In this document: one piece after another, positions 36,701 to 48,394 of the stretch
Layout: every line of letters begins with the position of its first letter
Numbering within the stretch: position 1 is the stretch's first letter
Assembly: GCF_036321535.1 (NCBI RefSeq)
Contig: NC_087466.1
Location: forward strand, 15,810,001 to 15,874,000
Direction: 5' to 3'
From: Camelus dromedarius
Lineage: Eukaryota
DNA length: 64,000 nucleotides
Program-made: the position numbers and the translations under genes
Notes under the pieces: model-generated
Told to the model about the DNA's origin: nothing
Database searches by the model: none
Seen by the model: only the letters and a program-made list of their open reading frames with translations

Positions 36701-38678
36701 AACTGTCCCAATGGTCAGCGCGAGGGCCGGCAGAGGCGCTTCTTCCTCCATGCGGCTGCAGTGCTTTCCACTGTTAAATTAACTACTGCATTTCCCACAG
36801 TTACTGGTTTCAGTGCCTTGTCTGTGAGCTTTAGAGGGCAGGGATTTCTAATTCACTGCTGGAAACTTTCTCAACCAGGGTTTTTCATCTGAAGGAGAAC
36901 ACAGAACGATCACGTTACTATTTTTCAATTCTGCGAAGGATGGTACGTAACTATTAGCCCAGATGCACAGAAGTTGATTAAAACGTTATCTGGACCAAAT
37001 TCAACAGTTCTACAATAGTAGAACCCTGACTGAGAAAGGTGGGGTGAGGCAGACATTGTCAGTAATTGACAAGCACCTGAAGAGCTCATCTGGTCCTGTT
37101 TGGCATTTTATGCATGATTTCAAGGTCAAGAAAAGTTAAGTGACTTGCCAAGTGAGGGGTCTGCTTGGTGTGCCACCCTTACAGAGACCCTGGGCTTAGT
37201 AGCCTACGATTCATAGAAAGGTGTGGATTTAGTCTAGAAACGACTCCATCTCAAACAGTAATTAGGTGGAAATGCGTGACATTTAGAGGTGGATTTCGGT
37301 TTAGAAATGTCACTTACACAGGAAACCTGATTACCAAATGAGTGAACAAATCAACTGCTACCCACTGCTGGGAAGCAGTAGTCTTTAACCACCTGTTGGC
37401 TGCAGCAGTCATATTCCATCAAAATCTCCAAGTGCCCAGGAACAAGTAGCAGCTTCCAGTCCCTAGGGACCAGGCAGGTCATGCATGAGGACCCAGGTTA
37501 AGTGCACAGGTGTTCTCCGAGTGAGGGGGGACTGAGGTGTGCTTGGGGTAGATAGACTTTCCGAAAGGAGCGGGTGGTATTTAGTGCCCACCTCTTCCTG
37601 CCATGAGAACGCAGGCCCAGCACTGTCAGATCTCCGTGAACATTATTCCACTTAATATTCCCAGCAATTCTCTGAAGCCTTATACAGATAATGAAAGTGA
37701 TAACATGGAAAGGCTGCGTAACTTGCATACAGGCCATGTGGCTCTAGCATTTGAATTCAGCTGTGACTCTGGAGCCCAAGCTCTTAGCCATTTTGTTACA
37801 CTGCCCAACAGAAATATAAACTCCAGAAAGTTCAGTGGTCACCTTTACAGGTGATTTTTAATTTTTTTTCTTCTTTTTCCTTCTAATGATTTTTATTTTT
37901 GTTCTCCAAGTTTCCTTAAATGTGCATGAATGCCCAATCCTTGTATGGTTTAAAAAAAAATCTAGTGCAGCTTTCACTTTTTTGGCAAGAAACTTAAGGT
38001 CTGGAAAGATCATACTTGTTCAGGGCCACACAGTTAAGACAGTGCCAGATCCTGAGAGTCCAGCTTGCCACTCTTTGTACCATGAGTGTTTATCATGTCT
38101 CTTCCTAGGCTGCGTGCCACAAGAGAAATAAAAAACAATCCTTTCAGAAAAGAATCGTGATAAGTCGGCCCTCTACGCAGCCTTTACCCAGATGTTCATG
38201 TCACATCCTTGGCCCCATTGTCCCAGGAGGCTTGGCCCTCAGGCTGTGTCTGGCTCAAAGCACAAAGAGCCTGGCTGCTCCCCTATCAGTGACTGAGCAG
38301 ACTACTTATTTTTCAGCCCAAGTATCTGGAACAGGCTCAGGCCTCTTCTCATGGACTTTTAAAGCTTAAAATAGTGAATCCCCATACATATGTTCAACCC
38401 ATGTTTCACTAGTTTGTCACCTGGATACTTTAATGAAGCCAGTAGGCCCTGGGAAGAGTGGGAGTTTACCTCTCTCCACCAAAGCAACTTACCTATAGTA
38501 ATCATCAAAAATATTTACTGAACGTATCAATCCTGAGGAATTACCACTTACCTCACAGGGTTTTGGGGAGAATCTATAAACTGTAGGCTGTTATTTGGTC
38601 TACTGTTGAACATCGCTCCTCCATCTTTGAGCAGTGACCCTAACTCCAGAATATGCTGCTCCCTTGTCCCGTTCTTGA

Positions 38679-38900
<222 letters not shown>

Positions 38901-38954
38901 TAGGAACTGTGAGGCCCAAATTTGCTATGTGAAAGCACTCTGACAAGTATGATG

Positions 38955-39240
38955 TGGGTATCAGATGAAGGCGGTCAAAAGATAACAAACTTCAAGATAA
39001 ATTAAGTCCTAGGGATATAATGTATAGCATGGTCACCTTATATAGAAATACTGTATTGTATATTTGAAAGTTGATAATAGAGATCTTAAAAATCCTCACA
39101 AGGGGAAAAATTATAATGGATGTTAATCTTATTATGGTAATCGTTTTGCAGTATATACATGTATCAAATCATTATGTTGCATACCTTAAACTTATACAAT
39201 ATTATATGTCAATTATATCTCAATAAAACTGGAAATAATA
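38955..39240 (+). mobile_element. L1MA-type 3' end in GATC intron 3
   Basis: ataatgtatagcatgg...tgtattgtatatttgaaagttg...caaatcattatgttg..accttaaac...tatctcaataaa. Confidence 0.8.
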
Positions 39241-40394
39241 ATTCTTTAAAAGCCACATGTATTAACAATGAAAAAAATATAACATACATACAGGTGGCAG
39301 TAGACTCCATGGGTCACAGTCACTTCTAGGGACAGCGGCAGATCTGGAGCTCAAGCTCAGCCTAAGGGGGCAGCTGGCATGTGCTACTTCTCATTCAGCA
39401 CCAGGCAGGAATGAGAGCCCATTTTCCAAGAGAACCTAGAAATCTGGCATTTTGTGTGTTATTTCCCATATTTTAAGTGTTGAGAACTAATGCAACTAAA
39501 AAATGAAATACCATGCAAATATAATATACCTGCAAGCCAGATGCATCCTGTGAGTCATCAGTTAGCAACCCCTAGTGTGGAGATTTGCATCTTTAAACCT
39601 CACTGTAACTATTTTAAATGGAAGCTTGAAAGAAAACTCTGGGTCAGTGATGAAACTCAGACCTTAAGTGGGTTGAACTGTTATCTCCTCTACAGGTAGG
39701 TGAGTCCTCAGAGCTCCTGCACCCTTCTGGACATTTGGGGATGGGAGTAGCCTGAGCACTCAGGTAGATGGCTTTCCAAGTGCCAACTTCAAGTTCAGGA
39801 GATCCCCTCAGAGAAGAACCATTCTGAGCAGCCTCCAGAGACAAACATCAGCCCTCCAGCTCAGGGATTAACTCTTTGATCAAGTCTAACCAACCAGTTA
39901 AAGGAAAGCTCTGGTTGAAGCAAGGATGGGAAGGAACGCTAAAAAATTTGTGAATTCAGCTCTTAATCATGCCTCTGATTAACTAAACTACCTCAGTTAA
40001 CTGTAGAGAGAAATAAGATTTTATAATCTCTCAATCTCAAGAGTCTGATAGTTGCTGTTTCAGCAAACATATTCATTGATCATATGCTAGTTCTCAAATA
40101 GAACTTTGTGTCAGACTTTGCTTCTTGGGAGAAACTGAGTTCGCAGTCTCCTCTCCTACATTCATATAAATGACTGGCCAACCTGTCTCTGCTCCTTACT
40201 GAAGTGTGCATTAATTAGGCATCACTCAGAACTGTGATTCTTTCAGATACTCATAGTTACAGAAACAGGATAGTAGCTACACATTTCTATTGCTTATTTT
40301 TCATGACAAACTATGTGATAAGTTAGCTCAGTTTGGAGCCAATTGGGAAGCAAGTTCAGCTATAACATTCTTTTTTGTTACTGTTTTCAAACAG

Positions 40395-40450
40395 GTAATA
40401 TCTCTTGGTCAAAGCTGGATGAAAAAGGCCCTTCTCACACCGCTGAGTAG
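40395..40450 (+). CDS. GATC: GATC exon 4 (coding part)
   Basis: Acceptor ttttcaaacag|. Encodes (G)NISWSKLDEKGPSHTAE*. Spliced CDS 420 nt = 139 aa, with consistent phases across all junctions. Confidence 0.92.
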
Positions 40451-40974
40451 CTATTCTGGGGAGGGGTGCTTTATGAACACATGGAAGTGCACTGACTGTT
40501 TCGTTATTATAAACACTAATGTTCCCACTTCCTCCAGTCATCTGAAAAAAAAGCTGATGGTTAAGTATTTTTTAGTAACTATCTCTTCTGAAGACAACTG
40601 GGAAAGATCTAGCAAAAACAAGGCAATGAGTTCCTGATGCCAATGGAAGTAGGTGTTGCCATTCCCAAGGAAATGGATCAAGTATTTACTCACAGGCTGT
40701 TCAGTGTGAAAGACTTTAACCCCTCCCCATGAGACTGTCTACCAAACTGCATTTAAGTGAATTTTTCTATTTATGTAACTGCTAGACATTGCATCTGATC
40801 ACTATGTGACAACCTGAGCTGTCATTTTTAGGTGCTTTTTCTGTCAACTTGAGCAGCCTTTTATCTTTACTGAACACATTTGAATTCATTCCTGGGTACC
40901 CACTTTGTTCCAAGTAGAAGGCTGACTTTCTGCTAAGGTAACAGGGGTAGGGAGGCAACTTTGGGAGGTGATGG

Positions 40975-41090
40975 ATATATTTATGGCCTTCATAGTTATG
41001 ATTTCATGTGTATACTTAACCCCAAAGTCACTGACTTGTAAACATTAAATAAGTATAGCTTTTTACGGGTCAACCATACTTCAATAAAGT
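40975..41090 (+). mobile_element. L1MB-type extreme 3' end in the GATC 3'UTR
   Basis: atgtgtatactta..ccaaagtca.tgacttgtaaacattaaa...gtcaaccatacttcaataaa. Confidence 0.6.
41083..41088 (+). terminator. Candidate GATC poly(A) signal AATAAA (L1-derived)
   Basis: First canonical AATAAA I found after the GATC stop; followed by GTGTTTTGGGTT. Confidence 0.55.
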
Positions 41091-41564
41091 GTTTTGGGTT
41101 GGGGGGGTGGCTGGGGATAGCCCTGAGCCTGCAACAAAGTGGGCCCCCTGCCCCATGATTACTGAATTGAACAGAATCCAAGATAGTGGGGTTTGGTTCA
41201 GGGTTGGTTTTTAAAGCTCTGATACCAAGGACAAATGAGACAGATTTAGGAGTGAAAGAGATAGTACCAGAATTTAGAGGGTTTTTTTTTTCTGTATGTT
41301 GGTGTCCACTTTAAAGTCAGTTTTGAGTCTTCCCATTCCCTTCCCCTATCTGCAAAGCTCCCTTTTGCTTTAAAAGCTGCATCTTCTTCTTTAAAGCTGC
41401 TTGCTTTACATGGTTGCCCTTGAATTGTAAGAGAACCCTGAACCTGCCCTTGGGATTGAAGTTCTCAAACCACCATCAGAGCAATTATCTTTATCCCCTA
41501 GATAAAATAATCTACTCCTGCTTCTTACCCATTGGGTGTAAAGTGCTGCTACCACTTGATTTTT

Positions 41565-41570
41565 TTTATT
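41565..41570 (-). terminator. SRSF9 poly(A) signal AATAAA
   Basis: Lies at the end of 3'UTR-like sequence downstream of the exon 4 gap. Confidence 0.65.
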
Positions 41571-41882
41571 AGTGTGCCTATATGGTGAAATCTATAAACG
41601 TAATCAAGGACAACCACACGTGTCAATTACTAAACGTTAAAATATATTTCTAAACAGAATGGGCCGACTCAGTCACAGTAACTGCTNNNNNNNNNNNNNN
41701 NNNNNNNNNNNNNNNNNNNNNNNNNNNNNNNNNNNNNNNNNNNNNNNNNNNNNNNNNNNNNNNNNNNNNNNNNNNNNNNNNNNNNNNNNNNNNNNNNNNN
41801 NNNNNNNNNNNNNNNNNNNNNNNNNNNNNNNNNNNNNNNNNNNNNNNNNNNNNNNNAAAAAATTTAAAAAATTTCCTAAGAC

Positions 41883-42135
41883 NNNNNNNNNNNNNNNNNN
41901 NNNNNNNNNNNNNNNNNNNNNNNNNNNNNNNNNNNNNNNNNNNNNNNNNNNNNNNNNNNNNNNNNNNNNNNNNNNNNNNNNNNNNNNNNNNNNNNNNNNN
42001 NNNNNNNNNNNNNNNNNNNNNNNNNNNNNNNNNNNNNNNNNNNNNNNNNNNNNNNNNNNNNNNNNNNNNNNNNNNNNNNNNNNNNNNNNNNNNNNNNNNN
42101 NNNNNNNNNNNNNNNNNNNNNNNNNNNNNNNNNNA
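41883..42135 (-). CDS. SRSF9: SRSF9 exon 4 coding part (RS domain), hidden in gap
   Basis: A polypyrimidine tract (tcttctgggtcttattttttcctt) runs into the gap at 42136. 3'UTR-like sequence and AATAAA follow at 41.5-41.9 kb. Coding bases are not visible. Confidence 0.6.
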
Positions 42136-43646
42136 AAGGAAAAAATAAGACCCAGAAGAATAAAGCACACCACCACTAACATGGCTGCCTAACTGATAGT
42201 TCTACGGCTTGCTTGGCACAATGCTACCTCATTCAACCCTCACAGCGGTGCAGGAGGTAGATAATCTTACTTGTCCACTTCAAGAATGAGGAAAACTAAG
42301 TACCATCTGCCCAAGGTGACACAAATAATAAATGGCAACTCGATTACATGGTAAATAAATACTAGCTACTACTGTTAACATACCTGAATTACTGCCACTC
42401 ACTCTCAGAATCTGAGAACTGAAAAGGATCTCAGAGGTCATAAACACAGTTCAGTCCCCTGCCACCTCACATATGCATCTTTCGATAGGCACCCATGGAA
42501 GGAGCTAACGTGTATTCAACACCTTCCAGGTGTCAGGACCTGGACTAGATGCTTAACTATCTTCATAATTAAGCTTCCTGGCAAGTCTTGTAAGACAGTG
42601 CTATTATTGTGACTATTTTGCATATGGAGGAACCAGGGCTCAGAGTAGCTTAGCTAAGATTTTAACAAGCAGCAGAGTCATGTCCAGGCTGGCCTGTCTC
42701 CAGGCACTTTGTCCTCAGCCAACATTCTCAGATCTAAAGATGCTAAGATGAAAGAAGCCAGATGCTTCTTTCCTCAGTGAAGTTAGTAATGTGATTTACT
42801 CTTACTGGGGCCCTACTTTGCAGCATAACTGAGGATCAGGTGCTGTTTTGTTTCTGCTCCAAATTCAAGTCTTAGAGGATAGGACTGAGCAAAAGCATTG
42901 TTTAGCCATGCAGTCTCCAAGCCATAAAGTTAGGGAATTATATGAATCCTTAGAAAAAGAAACAGGCCCAGAAAGAAATTCATGTCTCCAGACATCCCTA
43001 AACCCCATAGCAAGTTAGGATAGGATAACCAGAAAAAAAATGTCCAACTGGTGGTCTGGTATCTGGTCTTGATGGTATCAAAGGAACAATCACCATCTGA
43101 ATTAGACTGAGACCCAAAGCAGCAGCCACCTTCTTGAAAGGAAGGACATCAAAAGCTGAGTCCCCAGGGTGAGGTAATGAACCACAAGAAAATGCCAAGG
43201 GCTCCAGTGACACTAACTCCTGCACCGCTTCAGGAAAGGCACAGTGAAGTGACAGTTCTGCAGTACTCAGAAGGGCTGAGACGAAGAGGCTGGCCTGCAG
43301 AGCCAGGATTAGACCCAGAGGAGGGAGAGCCATAATGAGGTTTGTGGAGGGACACTGCAGAGTAAGCCAGGTGTGAAAAGGGTGTTATCACAGAATAGCT
43401 CACCACATTATGACAGACTGCACAGGTATTCTCTCCGGGTTAAAAATACCATGACTGCAGACTCCTCTCTGTTATGACCCTGAAGGGCTTAGGCATGATG
43501 ACTTCCTTGGCTTTGTCCACTTAAGACAGATCTTTAATGGTACTGTGCGGTCATCAAATGCAAACGCATGGCCTGTTGCTACTTCTGCCAGGTCAGCTTC
43601 AGGTGGAGTGCTCTGGGTACAAGCTCAACAGAAGGTGGGGACCCAC

Positions 43647-43819
43647 CTCATGAGAGCGGAATTTGGTGTCATCCAGTTTACGCAGGGCATATTCCATATC
43701 TTCTTTTCTGAGATATTCAACCATCCCCATTCCATCTTTCTGCACATCTGCGTAACAGACGTCCCCAGCTTCTCGCATGTGATCCTTCAGGTCCTGCCAG
43801 CTGCCTGATGGAGGGAGTC
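43647..43819 (-). CDS. SRSF9: Serine/arginine-rich splicing factor 9, exon 3 (RRM2)
   Basis: Acceptor gtgcctag|. Encodes (G)[57 protein letters not shown], including the SWQDLKD motif. 173 nt; donor GAG|GTGGGT. Confidence 0.97.
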
Positions 43820-45325
43820 CTAGGCACGGAGAACGTAAGAGAAGAGGCCACATCCTTCATCCATGTTAACTGCCTGTTAAGAGCCATCAAGACCTAGGGT
43901 CCCTTCTTCATCAATCACTACTCTTAAATCCTGAGGGTCCTCATATCACAAATCTTGATAAGGGACACAAAACCAGAGAAAAGCACTAAAGTACGTGTGG
44001 TAAACCACCATAAGAAGCTGGGCCTAGGCTAAGTTTCCAGAGACCAAGCCTTTTCAACAAAGCAAGAAGTCCATCCCACTACAGGTTTAGTATCTCTAAG
44101 AATTCAGAGCTTCTCTTTCTTTGTGCTTCATAATTAATAACAAACTCCCAAGGCTTTGAGTTCTAATTTTTTCCATTATGAAATTTATCAGTACCAATTA
44201 TTTCTTGCCTGACTGGGTTCCCAGGACACGGGAACTTTGAAACCATCCAGTAAGATAACCAAAGTGTAACTGAAGTAACACAACAAAAACCTCAAGTTTC
44301 TTGTAGGTAAGAATGACTGACAAACTAGACAAAGTACCTCTTAAAAGATCACCAACATTCTTCAATACAGTAGGGGAAAAGGTAANNNNNNNNNNNNNNN
44401 NNNNNNNNNNNNNNNNNNNNNNNNNNNNNNNNNNNNNNNNNNNNNNNNNNNNNNNNNNNNNNNNNNNNNNNNNNNNNNNNNNNNNNNNNNNNNNNNNNNN
44501 NNNNNNNNNNNNNNNNNNNNNNNNNNNNNNNNNNNNNNNNNNNNNNNNNNNNNNNNNNNNNNNNNNNNNNNNNNNNNNNNNNNNNNNNNNNNNNNNNNNN
44601 NNNNNNNNNNNNNNNNNNNNGGCAGATACTGACAGTATCACTCTTAAGCACCACGGGAGTCTGCTGTGATTGTATGACATTCATGTCTAAGAAGGTGCGA
44701 GGTTCCTCAATACATTTCACTCCACCAGGGCCCTAAAACAGCCCGGTAACATTGCGTGCAGAAGGCCCCAGCCCCAGGTCTTTACCAGTGTGTTAACTAT
44801 TTCAAAAAGATGCATAAACCTCTGAGCTTAGCATTTCATCACTTGTCAACACTAGACATTTCATTCTATACTTTGCAATACAATCCCTAAGACTCCAAGT
44901 TGTTTGTTTTCTACATAATTCCAAAACCACCATAAAATCTGGCCTATTTTAGGATTCAAGGATGGGTAATATGTTCAGATCTGGTTCCTGGAATGTCTTT
45001 CTAGCAAGTCTGATAGCAGGGCACATTCCAAAAGAAAATGTCTTTAGAATTCCAGCTCAAGGGATTTTATCATCATCTTCCCTTTCAACACTAGAAAACT
45101 CCTTTATAAGAAGCAAGTTTATGTTCTACCAAGGCTGCACTATCAGTACAATTTCATTGGTAAGGTACCTGCCTCACTGGTAGAGCTTCAGACTGTCACT
45201 GCACGTAGGCTATTGAAAAGGAAACCCCACATATCCCATGCACTAAAGAATAACATCTCTTGGAGGTNNNNNNNNNNNNNNNNNNNNNNNNNNNNNNNNN
45301 NNNNNNNNNNNNNNNNNNNNNNNNN

Positions 45326-45486
45326 NNNNNNNNNNNNNNNNNNNNNNNNNNNNNNNNNNNNNNNNNNNNNNNNNNNNNNNNNNNNNNNNNNNNNNNNNNN
45401 NNNNNNNNNNNNNNNNNNNNNNNNNNNNNNNNNNNNNNNNNNNNNNNNNNTAACCGTTCCTTCCATAAATTGCATCCTCAGCATCT
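45326..45486 (-). CDS. SRSF9: SRSF9 exon 2 (only 45451-45486 visible, rest in N gap)
   Basis: Acceptor ttttctttgcag| followed by (R)DAEDAIYGRNG(Y). The 3' end is inferred from the 161-nt human exon length, not seen. Confidence 0.85.
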
Positions 45487-47896
45487 CTGCAAAGAAAAGT
45501 TTGGAGTTAGTGCTGCTCAGGAAGGCAGAATGACTTCCCCATGAGGGGCATGAATAACAAGTATAAAAAGGAAACTTTGAGTGAGGAAAAAAAACCCCAA
45601 AGCTTGATACCCTACTGCTTTGGTTTGAAAACCTTTAATGATACTGGGATAGAACTTTATAGCTGTCACACACAGCGTTCTCTAGGTATGAAATGATAAT
45701 GAATAAATAAATAGATTACTTATAAGAGGTCTAATTCAGATGAAAATAAACTGTTGACAGATGATTGATTTTGCCAAGGAAAGTGTTTTTCTAACCGTGG
45801 TGAGCTGTTTCTCAAAATGCACACCACACACTACTCCTTTAATACTCTCCCTCAAGGCCTAGTACCATCAAGTCTATAGAAAGAAAAACCCATTTAAGAA
45901 GAGGGAAAGAGATAAAAGCTCAAAAGACAAATGCAAATTAGTGTTTTGTGAGGAATATGGGATTCCCTCAAGTGTACCTTTTCAGCATGGTTTGGAGGAC
46001 TAAGTTGTCAAAACCACTCAGGGCAATTTCACCGAAAGAGGTAAATATCCAATAAAGTAATACTTTTAGTCTTCCCTAGGGCTCTAGGAGAGTTAGGAAT
46101 GCCAAGTCGCTCCTCCAGTATTGATGGGAGAAAGAATGCCCTCAGAGGTTGGGAGCACAAGCAGAGCTGAAAACATACTAATGAAGGCATCATTCACTTG
46201 TCACAGGCGCATAATCGTTTACCAAGATTCTAGTCACAGGATTAAAAGCAACAAGGACCACGTCCAGTTCAACCCTAGCTATGTTCATAATACAGAGGAA
46301 GAGTGGCAGAACTGCAAGAGTTTACGAGCAGCCTATGAACACAAACTGACCTCAGTTCAAATCGTTCTTTGGCTACTTACTAGTAGTTTCTCTGGGTAAG
46401 TATTTGATCAAGATTTTTACATCTCTAAATGTGAGAAACCTTGTCTCACAGGGTTTTTGTAAGGATTAACTAAGACACTGTGTGCGCAGTGCTTTGCTTG
46501 AAACTTGGCATCTAGTGGTATGAAAAGATAGCTCTTCTATTATGAAAGGAATGAAGGACGAGATGACAATGTAGCATATCACACAGCAAGTTTGTATTTG
46601 AAAGGGCAGAACAGGGGGGTTCAAATCCTATCTTCCCTTAGTAGCCTTCTGTTATCAATTCTAAATCCTCAGTTTCCTTATCCATAAAATGTGGTTAACG
46701 GTGCCTACCTTACAAGTTGTTGAAAATGCTAAATGATACATAGCATGATACATGACACATAACAACTAGGACTGTTATCTAATTAATAGTGGCGCAACCT
46801 TTTCCAGTTTAGGTGTGAAAACGCCTAGTTCCATTTCTGAGGCAAATGGCAAAACGCTAGGAATGAGCTCTGTCAAGAGTCTTCAACCATCAAAGCCTCA
46901 GGGTGCTTCCTGTCTCCCCATCCTCAGAGGCTCTCCTTGCCTGTACAACCACACCAGATGGGCAAGACACCTCAGGGTCAGTCCTTGCAGTGAAGCCCGA
47001 AGGTCGCAGACCAGGCAAAGCGCCCCCTGAGACGATGCTGGAAAACAGAGAGCAGGCTCCTATTTACCCCAAGTGTAGTAACCAGCACAGCGAGATGGCT
47101 TCTAAGAACCACCAACCGCAGTTTTGAAAGTTCCCAGCCTTTTCCGGCCCAAGGGTCGACCCTCTTCGCAAAATCACAAAGACTCCTTCAAGCCGGTTTT
47201 GGGGGTTTTGGGTTTCGGGATGGAGAGCTTCCAAATCCTTGGGGCCCTTAGCAGCTAGCGGCGCTTCCTTCACTAGATTAAGAGTGAACTCAGAGAGCCC
47301 TCCAGACTGTTTTAGAAGTTTTCCCAAATCCCTGATGCTTTTTATAAGAAAAAGCCCCGGCATTTTGAGGCGGGGCGCGCGTGGATGGAGGGAGACCTGT
47401 TCCATCACAGAGACCCCTTTCTGCGCTCCAAAGGCACCCACATCCCTGCACTGCGCGCCCCGCCAACGGCGGGTTCCAGCTGGGGGAGGGGTGGGCTGGG
47501 AAGGCGACCGACCACTTCTTCTCCTCACCGAGTCCTCTCCCGGGCCGGCTCAGGGGCCAAGCTTCCCAAGCCCTGCATCACTTCCCCCGAAGAGTGCCTG
47601 TCCAGCCGTGAGGGAAGGAATGGGCATCTGTACCATCCCAGAGGCCGGTCTGCGCGGGGTTGGGCCCTCCTAAGGCCCAGCTTTTGTGTTTTTAAGTAAA
47701 GTAAAAAAATAATAATAGAGGAAGTGACGACGGAGCAAAGGACGGCCCGGAGCCCCGCGGTGAGAGGAGGCCTCAGCCTCCACCCGGGGGCGCCGTGAGG
47801 GGTCTGCGGCGAGGGGGGAGGGGAGGCCGCGGAAAGGGAGGGGGAAGAGGACGGGAGAAGGCGGGGGCCCGGGGCCTCGGGTCCGCGGTCTGGTGG

Positions 47897-48230
47897 NNNN
47901 NNNNNNNNNNNNNNNNNNNNNNNNNNNNNNNNNNNNNNNNNNNNNNNNNNNNNNNNNNNNNNNNNNNNNNNNNNNNNNNNNNNNNNNNNNNNNNNNNNNN
48001 NNNNNNNNNNNNNNNNNNNNNNNNNNNNNNNNNNNNNNNNNNNNNNNNNNNNNNNNNNNNNNNNNNNNNNNNNNNNNNNNNNNNNNNNNNNNNNNNNNNN
48101 NNNNNNNNNNNNNNNNNNNNNNNNNNNNNNNNNNNNNNNNNNNNNNNNNNNNNNNNNNNNNNNNNNNNNNNNNNNNNNNNCAGCGTCCCCGCGGGCTCGG
48201 AGGCGCTCAGCCGCACAGCATTGTGGGAAC
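47897..48230 (-). CDS. SRSF9: SRSF9 exon 1 (5'UTR visible 48181-48230; coding part hidden in gap 47897-48180)
   Basis: CpG island. The minus-strand sequence ...gcgcctccgagcccgcggggacgctg resembles the SRSF9 5'UTR. The gap is large enough for the rest of the UTR plus ~188 coding nt. No codons are visible, so this is inference. Confidence 0.65.
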
Positions 48231-48298
48231 GGGAGCGGAAGCGAGGGGGTCGGAGGAAGCAAAAGGATTCCTCTTAAAGGGGACGCGGCCGGAACGAC

Positions 48299-48394
48299 TG
48301 CGCGTGCGCGCCGGCCGGTTCTCCCTGTAGGTGCAGGGGGCGCTCGGGAGAGGCCAGAGGTAGAGACTGAGGAGAGTGGATTCAGTTCCCGAAG
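48299..48394 (+). other. Divergent non-coding first exon, probably the distal 5' exon of DYNLL1 (start approximate)
   Basis: Strong donor AAG|GTAAGG at 48394/48395 in the CpG island, facing away from SRSF9. A long human DYNLL1 variant starts head-to-head with SRSF9. No DYNLL1 coding exon is in the window. Confidence 0.55.

Noticed and set aside
36700-36745. REST- and CTCF-like motifs in GATC intron 2
   Set aside because: Only half-site or mis-spaced matches.
39647-39755. C/D-box snoRNA-like GTGATGA ... CTGA in GATC intron 3
   Set aside because: No terminal stem and no recognisable guide sequence.
40392-40400. CAG|GTAATA at the GATC exon 4 acceptor as a recursive splice site
   Set aside because: Explained by the Gly-Asn codons; this is the terminal exon, with no downstream acceptor evident.
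42998-43333. 111-aa minus-strand ORF with a hydrophobic, signal-peptide-like N-terminus in SRSF9 intron 3
   Set aside because: No recognisable family, no splice or promoter support, and the length is within chance expectation. Would need PhyloCSF or Ribo-seq evidence.
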